Origin: a virus | Lineage: Duplodnaviria > Caudoviricetes | Virus record (IMG/VR): IMGVR_UViG_3300037067_016568 | Coordinates: 64,001 to 128,000 of that record | Length of the DNA: 64,000 nt | Strand: one strand, 5' to 3' | Part shown: one piece after another, positions 19,526-28,673 of the stretch | Position numbering within the stretch: position 1 is the first letter of the stretch | How the letters are laid out: each line of letters begins with the position of its first letter | Notes under the pieces: generated by a model | Seen by the model: the letters and a program-made list of their open reading frames with translations, nothing else | Databases searched by the model: none | What the model was told of the DNA's origin: nothing | Program-made: the position numbers and the translations under genes

Positions 19526-20230
19526 ATGCATCAAGGTCTATATATTGTGTTCGAGGGCAGTGATTTCTCTGGTAAATCGACACTTGCTCATTTAGTTATG
19601 GAGGAATTGCGCGATACAGATTTAAATTGCATTTTGACCCATCATCCTGGATCTACACCACTTGGTAAGCACTTACGAAAGCTTGTTAAAACGCCGGAAG
19701 TTTTTCAAAGCGACGAGCCAATCGAAATTGATAACATGTCGGTCCAAATGATGATGATGATCGACCACAGTTGTTTTGTGAATACGAAGTTAATTCCATA
19801 TCTGGAAGACGGCGGTGTCGTTCTAGCAGATAGATCGAATTATATAGGATGCATTGTCTATGGTGTTGCAGAAGGACTAAAATTAACAACAATCAATAAA
19901 TTGTTGGGGCTCGTTCAGTCGCCCGCACCAGATAGGGTATTTATCATTTCAAATCGGTGGGAGACGATTGTTGAACGAATGAAAAAATCTGATCGAGCTA
20001 AATCTGATAGATATGACAGCAACGTTGATTTGCTGCATCGTGTCGGCGAACTCTATGATAATCTTCTCAAGCTAAGCCCAGAAGCACTCATGATGTTGTC
20101 CAGATATGCTCCGCTTGAGCATATCAAGTACCTTAATGGAGACACACCAGCCATAGAATTAGCAAAATCAATAGCACAACAAATAAAGCGACTTGCCAGT
20201 GAGAAAATGGCGAATATTGCTTCCCCCTAA
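19526..20230 (+). CDS. tmk: thymidylate (dTMP) kinase
   Basis: IVFEGSDFSGKST P-loop, HPGSTPLGKHLR, VVLADR, PDRVF; AGGAG SD before ATG 19526. Confidence 0.9.
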   Translation: MHQGLYIVFEGSDFSGKSTLAHLVMEELRDTDLNCILTHHPGSTPLGKHLRKLVKTPEVFQSDEPIEIDNMSVQMMMMIDHSCFVNTKLIPYLEDGGVVLADRSNYIGCIVYGVAEGLKLTTINKLLGLVQSPAPDRVFIISNRWETIVERMKKSDRAKSDRYDSNVDLLHRVGELYDNLLKLSPEALMMLSRYAPLEHIKYLNGDTPAIELAKSIAQQIKRLASEKMANIASP

Positions 20231-20489
20231 GACCTTGCGCATATTCTTGTTTGCGTTTCTTGAGTCTCGATAGCTTTTTCGCTGCCAATATCTCTTCAGC
20301 AGAAATCGGCTTAGCCTCTACAAACTGCAGGTTTTTGCTGCGTAGATCGCGTCTTATTTTATTAAAATCTCCATAGACGTTGCCAGGATTGACTTCTATA
20401 GTGAAAGTCTGTATTTTATTGTTAGAATCGACAGCAACGCATCTCCACCACCGCAGTTGAGAAACATCAAAATCATTTGTGTCTTCCAT
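20133..20489 (-). CDS. hypothetical protein with C-terminal transmembrane helix
   Basis: 118 aa ending in VALFVVLLILLILWLVCL. Confidence 0.55.
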   Translation of the reverse strand: MEDTNDFDVSQLRWWRCVAVDSNNKIQTFTIEVNPGNVYGDFNKIRRDLRSKNLQFVEAKPISAEEILAAKKLSRLKKRKQEYAQGLRGKQYSPFSHWQVALFVVLLILLILWLVCLH

Positions 20490-20504
20490 AAAGAGTGAAA
20501 TACA

Positions 20505-20996
20505 ATGAATGCAACATTAGTGTTCCCGTTGTCAGAGAAAAAACAAATTGTTCAATATCCAGAAGATTTTGTTCGCTTGGAATTCAAGCTTATCGATCCA
20601 GAAGCACGCGTTCCTTATCGCAAGCGTGATACAGATTCTGGTTATGACGTCTATTCAATTGAAGACGTCACAATAAAACCGCACAGCACAGAGAATATCC
20701 GCACAGGAATCATTGTTGCGTGTCCAGCCGGATGGTACTACACTGTTGAAGGTAGATCGTCGATGTGGATAGCTGGAGTGGCACCATTCCATGGTATCAT
20801 CGATGCGACCTATACAGGACCTCTTTTCGTTCGATTGTTCAATATGTCAGATGCTGAATATTGCATTAAGAAACACGACAGAGTAGCTCAAATCATTCTA
20901 CACAAAGCATATAATGCAGCATTTGTCGAGGTGGAGGAATTCAGCACGACACACAATCAAAGAGGAGCAGCTGGCTTCGGTTCCAGTGGGCGATAA
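20505..20996 (+). CDS. dut: trimeric dUTPase
   Basis: Motifs SGYDV, GRSS, GIIDATYTG, RVAQII, RGAAGFGSSG. Confidence 0.95.
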   Translation: MNATLVFPLSEKKQIVQYPEDFVRLEFKLIDPEARVPYRKRDTDSGYDVYSIEDVTIKPHSTENIRTGIIVACPAGWYYTVEGRSSMWIAGVAPFHGIIDATYTGPLFVRLFNMSDAEYCIKKHDRVAQIILHKAYNAAFVEVEEFSTTHNQRGAAGFGSSGR

Positions 20997-21030
20997 ATCC
21001 CGCTAATATTGTTTGGATAAGGAGATCGGA

Positions 21031-21339
21031 ATGTTGGTGGTGGTCTACGGTAAAGCCGTCGATGATAAAGAATTAGGGATTTATATAGAAGGTGTGTTTT
21101 TTGGTGGTATTGCCACGACTCAAGAGGAAGCTGACCATCTTGCAAAAACATGTGTTAACTGCACGATAGGCGGTGTCGCAATCCCTAGAATTATTCCTGT
21201 TGGTGACAAAAACCTACATCAAATATTCAAGGAAGCTAAAGTTCGTTTCGATAAAATCGAAAGAGAGATGATGGAAACTGAAGATATCCTTCTCGCAAAT
21301 CAGCAGAGAAATAAAAGTAAGAGTAAAACCAAAAAATAG
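21031..21339 (+). CDS. hypothetical protein
   Basis: ATG 21031 follows AAGGAG. Confidence 0.55.
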   Translation: MLVVVYGKAVDDKELGIYIEGVFFGGIATTQEEADHLAKTCVNCTIGGVAIPRIIPVGDKNLHQIFKEAKVRFDKIEREMMETEDILLANQQRNKSKSKTKK

Positions 21340-21348
21340 CTTCTACGA

Positions 21349-21428
21349 CTTTTTCTTTTGGCTTTCTTTGGCCGTGTAGAGCTTTCAGCCCATTCAAAGC
21401 CGCCTCGCACAAAAGCCAAAAGAAAAAG
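21349..21428. terminator. 17-bp perfect inverted repeat between convergent genes
   Basis: CTTTTTCTTTTGGCTTT (21349-21365) and AAAGCCAAAAGAAAAAG (21412-21428). Confidence 0.5.
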
Positions 21429-21456
21429 CCAGAAGAGGCTCTTCTGAAACGGTCTT

Positions 21457-23886
21457 CTAAGCTAACTCTAGCTGCCCATGGACATATTCTGAGAACGCCC
21501 TGTCGTAGTCTCTGACAACTATACGACGCATTTTGCACCCTGGGAACATTCGCATACCAAATTTACCCATCGGTGTTTCTCTGATAATTGGGAAATATGG
21601 TGTAGAAATTGCAACTGGCGTTGGAAGTATCCCGCTTGCATCAGTGCTTGGTGGTATTAATAATCCATTCCACCATATCCACACTTGGCCACCACGTTGC
21701 ATGATTTCCAACTCATTCCAATATTCAACATTACCTGTCGTATCTGGCGACAAGCCATAGCCGCCATCATAAACAATAAATCCTGGCTGGTTAACTGCAG
21801 GAACCTCGCCACTACCATTATACGGTGCATCCTGAATATATGTTCCACTGACCGCATATCCGGGTGCCATGCCGCGAACAAAATCATCATCAATATCGAT
21901 GGTGTCTCCCTCGTAATTGAGACCAACATCGAGTGTTCCCACTTTAAAAAATAGCTCGACTTTGTTATCGGATGTCAAGGTGAAGTTTAACCTCACGCAT
22001 GGACAGCTATATTCTTGGTGTAGTACTTGTGCAATTTCTGCAACAACACCAACAAATGGTGTAGCACCGATCAAAGCGACAACATCCTCCGCATGCAAGG
22101 AACACATTGCTTTATAATCATACTTCCATGTTATACCAGCATTCAATCCAGTCAAGAGCCGTAATGAACCATGCTGAGGGAGGTCTTGGAAGCTAGCACC
22201 ACGAAGCAGTGCATAGTACCCTGTGTCGTGTGCAAGCGGACCAGTTTCAACAACGTTCAAGAAATATTCTTCGGTACTGTCAATCGGTGCATTCAATAAT
22301 ATATCATATGGCGGATAGACACCGCTTTCTGAAGGTCTGCCTAGCTCTATATTAACCAAACAAGAAGAAGCTCTGTGTCTATTCCATAAACAGACAGGCC
22401 GTTGTCGATACGAATCAGTAGACGATTGTCTTTCGACACGCAGACCCGGTAGATTGACGTCGATATTCGCAATATATTGATCATTGACGTCAAAAATCAT
22501 GATCTCTGATCCAGCGGTACCGCCAGACTGTGTGCCAGCGACCTCAGTAAGCAAGTAAGGCGGATCGATACCAGTCATACCCCATATACGGTGCTCGAAA
22601 TTTCTGAGATCAGAAACCAACTCGTAATCAAACGCCCCAGTTGGAGATGTTGGTTCTGTTCTCGCGGTCAATTGCGTGCCAAATTCGACACCTCCTACTT
22701 CAGACCAAATGTTTTGAGCGTCTAAGGTTGGTTTACAATTGAAGACATACTGGCGGATTGGCACATCATTTACCGAGCCTACCTGGAAGAACCACATATC
22801 AACTATGGTCCCAATAGGCAATATGCTGATTGTCTTATCCAATACTAGTGCTTTGCTATTCACACCACCTTCTGGATAGCTATATTGCCACACATTGGTC
22901 GCTATAAATGAAGTATTGTCAGCAACCATAGCGCCATGAACATCCCACCATTTACAGACGTACTGATTTGTTGATAAAATCTGAGTAGTATAATCTGTGA
23001 TGACAGCAGACCGCTTTGTTAATAAATTACCGTTGTATAACAACCCGCCAAGAATACCAGGAGCGGATTCCATGTTGAGGTCGAATCGAACCTGGTCCCC
23101 GTTACTGTCGCTGCCCATGAACCATACGCACTCTGGCGTAGCGCCAGCACCAGGCGTCATCGCCCAACCAACATCAGTCTGAGTGTTGTTTGTGGCGACT
23201 CTTTTAAGAACTAGTTCAAATTCACCGACACCAGGAGCGACTGAATCATCATATCTCTTAAATATCAACGACGGATAAGAAGTCTTGGTATTGAGCGATG
23301 TCGCCGGATCGGCTGGATTAACTATCATCGACTCAGGCAATAGATAGACCTTCAACTCGCCATATGAGCTAGTACCAGGCATTTTGCCAGCACAAGATGG
23401 CGGTCTAATTGACGATACTTCAGTCTCATCTTGAACCCAAAAAATCGATGCACATGTCTCAACATTACAGTTCAGTGGAATAGGTGAATCGACCGTCCAT
23501 CTGATTACATTACCGAAACGCTCTATAGACACAAACTCGCTTCCAGCGGCGAGAATAATATCACCCTGCATCCAGCCACCGTCGTCTGGGAAACCACCAC
23601 CTTGAAAGCCGACGATACCTAACCTCATTTGCGTAAGTGCATCAAGCTTGCACTTATCGTCAGCCGCCATTAGACCCATAGTGTCGCAGGTAGCAACTGG
23701 GACTGGATCAGATGAGATATGGCTGGTGCCGTGAATGCCTATTTGGCTTATTTGGCTGTCACGCCCCCATAGCGACCGCGTTTCAGCATCATATGCAAAT
23801 CCGCTAATTATGTCATCAGGCCCACTGACCTGAATCCACTGTTTGTCAACTAAAGAGGAATGTAATGGTATTTTGGTCAATGGCAT
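21457..23886 (-). CDS. putative virion (tail/baseplate) protein
   Basis: 809 aa, beta-rich; GLMAADDKCKLD tail-fibre-type motif shared with 28673 and 33196. Confidence 0.6.
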   Translation of the reverse strand: MPLTKIPLHSSLVDKQWIQVSGPDDIISGFAYDAETRSLWGRDSQISQIGIHGTSHISSDPVPVATCDTMGLMAADDKCKLDALTQMRLGIVGFQGGGFPDDGGWMQGDIILAAGSEFVSIERFGNVIRWTVDSPIPLNCNVETCASIFWVQDETEVSSIRPPSCAGKMPGTSSYGELKVYLLPESMIVNPADPATSLNTKTSYPSLIFKRYDDSVAPGVGEFELVLKRVATNNTQTDVGWAMTPGAGATPECVWFMGSDSNGDQVRFDLNMESAPGILGGLLYNGNLLTKRSAVITDYTTQILSTNQYVCKWWDVHGAMVADNTSFIATNVWQYSYPEGGVNSKALVLDKTISILPIGTIVDMWFFQVGSVNDVPIRQYVFNCKPTLDAQNIWSEVGGVEFGTQLTARTEPTSPTGAFDYELVSDLRNFEHRIWGMTGIDPPYLLTEVAGTQSGGTAGSEIMIFDVNDQYIANIDVNLPGLRVERQSSTDSYRQRPVCLWNRHRASSCLVNIELGRPSESGVYPPYDILLNAPIDSTEEYFLNVVETGPLAHDTGYYALLRGASFQDLPQHGSLRLLTGLNAGITWKYDYKAMCSLHAEDVVALIGATPFVGVVAEIAQVLHQEYSCPCVRLNFTLTSDNKVELFFKVGTLDVGLNYEGDTIDIDDDFVRGMAPGYAVSGTYIQDAPYNGSGEVPAVNQPGFIVYDGGYGLSPDTTGNVEYWNELEIMQRGGQVWIWWNGLLIPPSTDASGILPTPVAISTPYFPIIRETPMGKFGMRMFPGCKMRRIVVRDYDRAFSEYVHGQLELA

Positions 23887-23929
23887 GCTTGTTTCTCCAC
23901 AATGTCATTTGTATCTTTGGGTGGTGATA

Positions 23930-25234
23930 CTACTCTTCAGGCCATGGCTTGCCACAACGATTGCAATTCCCATTATCACCACGTTCAAGCCGAGCGCCGC
24001 AATGAGGGCAGCATTCTTCGGGATGCTCAGGATCGTAACTAGGATCTTTCTTCCGTGATTCTAGTAGCATTCGTTTGACAGGACTACCCCTAAATTTTTG
24101 AACTGCTTCATTTATAGATGCATCAGAGCAGTCCGACTTAACAATCAGTTCATTCTCAATTATCTCAAATAGCACCGTATGATCATAATCCCATCCAGCA
24201 TCGTATAATATTTCTGCATGGCTAGTCGAATCTATGATAAATTGATCTGATAAAATGTCATATATAGCTAATTTATTAGCTGCTTCTGTCAGTAGTTTGC
24301 TGCCTGGTTTGTGATGTCTTATGTATGAATCTGTCGAATCCCAAATGAACCCAATATCCGGTGAATAAGTAAACCCCTCATACCCAAGGTCATCCAAATG
24401 ATATCCTGGATCATATCCCAAATCTTCTTCTGGCTCTGGTTCCGGCTCTTTCGGTCGGAGTGGCCTCCTAATCTCTCCTAAATCATCATAGTTATCCTCA
24501 TAACCAAGATCATCCAAATGATATTCCGGGCCGTAATCGTCAGGCTCCAGCTCGTCCATCTTCCGAAGTTCTTTGGCTATCTCAACCTGACGCTCTAATT
24601 CCCTTAGTTTCTTTCTATCTCTGACATATCTTGCATTTTTTGCTTTTCTTGCGTCTTCTGCCCCGTCGATGCCCATTCTTTCAGGAGACGTTCTACGCCT
24701 TTGTTTCTTTGGATCATATAACCTACGTTTAAGCTGCCATGCACCCCTGCCCAAATCATCAATACGATCTGCGTCTTTCTCAGGCTCTGAAATATGCTTC
24801 GCCTTATCTATGTCAGTAGCCGTCTTAACCTTCATATCTCTAGACGATGGTTTAGACTTTATATATGAGTCAAATTCTCCTCGCTCAACTTGTCTGATAT
24901 ATTTTGTATCATATGTTCTGTAGAACATGGCCACATCAGGCAGTTGCGATTTAAGAAAGCGATATCTGGACCGCAAAGAACCACGTTTGAAAAGCCTGTC
25001 GGCCAATTTGCGAAGCTTAATCAATTGACCGCTTGATAGATAATTAAGATTCACGCCACCTACTAAATTATTCTTAGTAGATGGATGCTTCCAATCGCCG
25101 AGCACCAAAACTGAAGGCTTTGGGTCAGTATCATAATTCAAATAGCCAAATGATGATTGAGGATATGTGTGTTTAGCTAAACGGCGACTCGCAGTTTTTC
25201 GAAGGCTTCGCTCAGATATTAAGCGTAGTGGCAT
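23930..25234 (-). CDS. T4 gp2 (DNA end protector)-like N-terminal domain with acidic repeats and C-terminal Zn ribbon
   Basis: YDTDPKPSVLVL..GVNLNYL..YRFLK..FYRTY resembles the gp2 core; YHLDDLGYE occurs twice; CPHC..CNRC. Confidence 0.5.
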   Translation of the reverse strand: MPLRLISERSLRKTASRRLAKHTYPQSSFGYLNYDTDPKPSVLVLGDWKHPSTKNNLVGGVNLNYLSSGQLIKLRKLADRLFKRGSLRSRYRFLKSQLPDVAMFYRTYDTKYIRQVERGEFDSYIKSKPSSRDMKVKTATDIDKAKHISEPEKDADRIDDLGRGAWQLKRRLYDPKKQRRRTSPERMGIDGAEDARKAKNARYVRDRKKLRELERQVEIAKELRKMDELEPDDYGPEYHLDDLGYEDNYDDLGEIRRPLRPKEPEPEPEEDLGYDPGYHLDDLGYEGFTYSPDIGFIWDSTDSYIRHHKPGSKLLTEAANKLAIYDILSDQFIIDSTSHAEILYDAGWDYDHTVLFEIIENELIVKSDCSDASINEAVQKFRGSPVKRMLLESRKKDPSYDPEHPEECCPHCGARLERGDNGNCNRCGKPWPEE

Positions 25235-25248
25235 GTCGCTCTCACAGT

Positions 25249-25542
25249 TTATAACACTGACTGCATCAATATTCTATTACCCACAAAATTGATCTCTGCC
25301 CCAATAACTTTAACTTCGCCAAATCCTCGTGATTCTAGCGTGTATAGTAATTGCTCTATTTCAGGTGTCGTCCCAAATATATTAAGATTCCTAATGTCGT
25401 CTAACGATACACTGTCGTTGCCATTCTGGGACATCCTAGCTATTACTACAAATAGCTTTTTGGCTTGAAAAGGCAGCTTTTCAAATAATCTGGACTGCGT
25501 GCTCTGTTTCGACTCAACAATGGGTATCCTGATAATCTTCAT
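25249..25542 (-). CDS. hypothetical winged-helix-like protein
   Basis: 97-aa ORF in the minus-strand run. Confidence 0.5.
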   Translation of the reverse strand: MKIIRIPIVESKQSTQSRLFEKLPFQAKKLFVVIARMSQNGNDSVSLDDIRNLNIFGTTPEIEQLLYTLESRGFGEVKVIGAEINFVGNRILMQSVL

Positions 25543-25615
25543 AAAATTATCTACCTAAATACGACAAAGGCGACAGATAACGGACATACCGTTTGACTGT
25601 CGCCTTTGTGGTGTG

Positions 25616-28111
25616 TTAGAATCCTTGACGTCGCAATCGCCGTCTTGGCCCGATGTCGATATCGACTTCTTCCTCTGGGGCTGCACCAAATTCCATACCA
25701 GGTGTCGCAGTTCTGCGCTGGCCACAGCCATAACAGACACCATGCTCATCGGGCGATTCTGACGATCCGCAATTTGGACACATCCGACCCTCTGGATCAA
25801 AGAAGCCAGGTGCTTCAGGATTGTGGGCTTGCTCATATTCAGGCTCATCGTCATCGATAATATCGTCTTCGAATTCGCCCTCAACATTGTCCATATCGTC
25901 AGAATCGAAGCCACGATAAAATGCTTCGCGTTCCGGCGTATGGATTTGGGAACCCCACGCCTCAGAAACCGTTTGGAAAGCACGCTTTGCAATTGGCCAT
26001 GCGAACGGCCCGACAACAGCTGCACCCCAATTGTGATTCTTAACTCTGCAGGCGATTCCTTCTGCTACAACGCGATCGGCAAAAGCATTGGCGACCATAC
26101 CTGTCTTGAACAGAATCTTGCCCTCGCAGAAAATCGGATCACGCTTCCTTGTCTCGGCCAGCGGCAATCTGTGGCGATGAATGATGGCCTTTTGGTGAGG
26201 AATGGAGTACAACGCCTCCAAAACGATATTCTTACCACTCATTACCTGCAGCAGCTCTTCAATTACTGTCAAGGCATCGGTGAGTGATGTATAAACGCCA
26301 GATGCATCCTCTGTCTTGACACCAAATCGTATCGTGTATTTTCCAGCACGACCAATTTTCTTAGCACCATGACTGATCGCTTCTTTGGCTACGCGCGATA
26401 GCCGCATAATATTCTCTTTCATGGTACCGCTGCCACCGCCAAAGGCAGCTTGACCGCCAGTATTCTTCATCTTCGGCTTCAACGGCGTTTGCTTTCCGGG
26501 AACTTCTGTAGTAATGCCATCCGAAGCAGTTCCGGATGTGCTTTCACATGTCTCTTGGGGAGGTATTTTGGTCCCCAATTCTCCCTGTCCCTTCTTTGTT
26601 TTATCGCTTGTGAAGTGCCCATGTGAATCAGCGCTAGCACCTTCAGCATTGACGCTACCCCATCCATTGCTTTCATGCAACAGATCACACAACATACAGC
26701 CGCTTTCATCAAGAATAGTGCCACACCGAGCACATCGAGATTCCGATCTCACTATCTTTTGAGATGGGGCCTCGGCACTTTTTTCGTCTGCCTCTCTCTC
26801 CTTCTCATCTGCGGCACCGGTAGATATGTCTTTGCCACGGCCTTTCATAGCAGTAGCAGTGGCATTCCCCTTAACACCCGATGCTATTTTCTGCATCAGA
26901 TTGCCGCTCTCCGGCGACGTGACCTCTTCGCCGGGGATTTCCTCTGTACATTCCATGCACTCGTCTTCCTCTTCCTGAGCACCATCATCTTCAGGGCCGA
27001 TATCGATATCGCCTTCGGCTGCTTCATCTTCTGGCGTTTCAAGCTGTTCGTTGTGGCCAGCAATTAAATTGGCAGCTCTTTCAAAGTCATCGCCGATAGC
27101 TTGAAAGACGTCGGCCAGGTCATCTGGTGTGCCGCCCTCAATATCAACGATTTCAGCCCCGATATCATCTTCAGGAGCTTCGATTTCACCGCCTTCGATT
27201 TCACCGCCTTCGATTTCACCGCCTTCGATTTCAGGAGGGATCTCATCATCCTCGCTGACCGGAATATCTGCGACGGCTCCAGAGCTAACCATCTCGGTTA
27301 TAGGGCGTGGTTGCCAGAATTTACCACTTGCATCGTTGCCCTCATAGAACATGAACTTTCGACTTGCAGCCATTAAATTCTGCAAATGTTGTTCTGACAA
27401 CATCGTTTGCACACCATGAGCCTGGCATAACTGCTGGAAATCCTCCAGGCAGACATAAGACGAATTCGTGCTATAATTTTCGAACAGACCCAGGAGATCG
27501 ACACTATCACCTTCCATTATGCTGGCAATATTGTCGAGAGACCATTCTTCAGCCATCCGATTTTGGCTGCCCTTGACGGTCTCGAATTGACCACCTTTGT
27601 TCTTCTGCATGGAGTTCTGGCCGAGTTCAGACCCCATCGTACCGATTGGGGTCGTGATGCCATCACTGGCCATTCCGGCAGCAATATTCATAGTCTCAAA
27701 TGTACCACCAGTATTCTTCTGTCTGGTCTTGAGATTCATGTCCTTGATCTGGGTAGTAATGCCGTCAGTGGCTTCTCCAGACTTGCTGTCGCCAAACTCA
27801 TCAAAGCCGCCGGTATTCTTCTGCTTGCCGCCGAGCTTATCAGTTTTACCACCCATTTTAGTCATGAAGTCGCCCTTGACTCCCTTAGCATCTTGGACTT
27901 CTTCTGAAATGCGTGATGTTGCCATTGCGAACTCCTGTAGTTTAATGGGTGCCTGGATATCTTGGCACTCTGGATCAAGCTCGTTTAATACCCTTTTGTC
28001 TTGCTGTCCGGACTTCTTAACAGTCCGCTCAGGATGACCCATTGGGTTTATCTCATCCTTCTCATTTTTGTCCGCATCAGCAGCATTAGGGACGTTTCGC
28101 GGTTTGTTCAT
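25616..28111 (-). CDS. large acidic low-complexity protein, putative internal head/scaffold protein
   Basis: E/D-rich; recurring KNTGGxF and xSDGITT motifs; GGEIE x3; two CxxC..CxxC ribbons; many (L/I/V)xE sites. Start moved to ATG 28111. Confidence 0.55.
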   Translation of the reverse strand: MNKPRNVPNAADADKNEKDEINPMGHPERTVKKSGQQDKRVLNELDPECQDIQAPIKLQEFAMATSRISEEVQDAKGVKGDFMTKMGGKTDKLGGKQKNTGGFDEFGDSKSGEATDGITTQIKDMNLKTRQKNTGGTFETMNIAAGMASDGITTPIGTMGSELGQNSMQKNKGGQFETVKGSQNRMAEEWSLDNIASIMEGDSVDLLGLFENYSTNSSYVCLEDFQQLCQAHGVQTMLSEQHLQNLMAASRKFMFYEGNDASGKFWQPRPITEMVSSGAVADIPVSEDDEIPPEIEGGEIEGGEIEGGEIEAPEDDIGAEIVDIEGGTPDDLADVFQAIGDDFERAANLIAGHNEQLETPEDEAAEGDIDIGPEDDGAQEEEDECMECTEEIPGEEVTSPESGNLMQKIASGVKGNATATAMKGRGKDISTGAADEKEREADEKSAEAPSQKIVRSESRCARCGTILDESGCMLCDLLHESNGWGSVNAEGASADSHGHFTSDKTKKGQGELGTKIPPQETCESTSGTASDGITTEVPGKQTPLKPKMKNTGGQAAFGGGSGTMKENIMRLSRVAKEAISHGAKKIGRAGKYTIRFGVKTEDASGVYTSLTDALTVIEELLQVMSGKNIVLEALYSIPHQKAIIHRHRLPLAETRKRDPIFCEGKILFKTGMVANAFADRVVAEGIACRVKNHNWGAAVVGPFAWPIAKRAFQTVSEAWGSQIHTPEREAFYRGFDSDDMDNVEGEFEDDIIDDDEPEYEQAHNPEAPGFFDPEGRMCPNCGSSESPDEHGVCYGCGQRRTATPGMEFGAAPEEEVDIDIGPRRRLRRQGF
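27178..27232 (-). repeat. 15-bp tandem repeat encoding GGEIE
   Basis: CTTCGATTTCACCGC repeated ~3.7 times. Confidence 0.9.
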
Positions 28112-28127
28112 ATTATATCTTTGAGCG

Positions 28128-28673
28128 TCATATATTAGATTTCTTTTTAAAGGCCCTAATTTGCCAATTCTTATCTGGTATATTTTCTTTATGTGCCGCT
28201 GCATCAGGCGCAACATATTCTATATAGGCTCTGTCTTCTATAATAACCCACTCGCAGTAGAATTGTCTGGAGCAGAAATCATTAACCTGCTTATGTAGGT
28301 CCCCGCCAGAAAAAATTATTCTGCGTGGAAAAGTTGCCAATGAAGAATCATAATATGTAAAGACTTTATGTTTATTATCAACTTCTTTCGACATTATCCT
28401 TCTCGATGATGATGTACTATTTTTAGTATCATCAATAATCATGGCTGGAAAATGCTGTACAAGAAATGATTCTAGAGCGATAGCCCATTGCCTATTTTTA
28501 GTAATAATACGTAGCAACTCATACATCTTTACTCTGTTCTCAGAACAACCATGGCCTCCCATCAGAAAATTCATAAGATCTTGATGCAGATCAGTATCAA
28601 GATTTTTTAGCCATGTTAGAAATAATTCTGATTTGGCTAAGTAGCAGAATTCAGCAGAGTTGATTTTCTTCAT
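28128..28673 (-). CDS. hypothetical protein
   Basis: 181 aa; start overlaps the upstream stop. Confidence 0.6.
   Translation of the reverse strand: MKKINSAEFCYLAKSELFLTWLKNLDTDLHQDLMNFLMGGHGCSENRVKMYELLRIITKNRQWAIALESFLVQHFPAMIIDDTKNSTSSSRRIMSKEVDNKHKVFTYYDSSLATFPRRIIFSGGDLHKQVNDFCSRQFYCEWVIIEDRAYIEYVAPDAAAHKENIPDKNWQIRAFKKKSNI

Noticed and set aside
25555-28037. Numerous overlapping alternative-frame and antisense ORFs in the track (here and throughout, including 58713..59285, 60461..60790 and 60660..60869)
   Set aside because: They are shadows of longer coherent genes or of ncRNAs and carry no recognisable motifs or SD sites.
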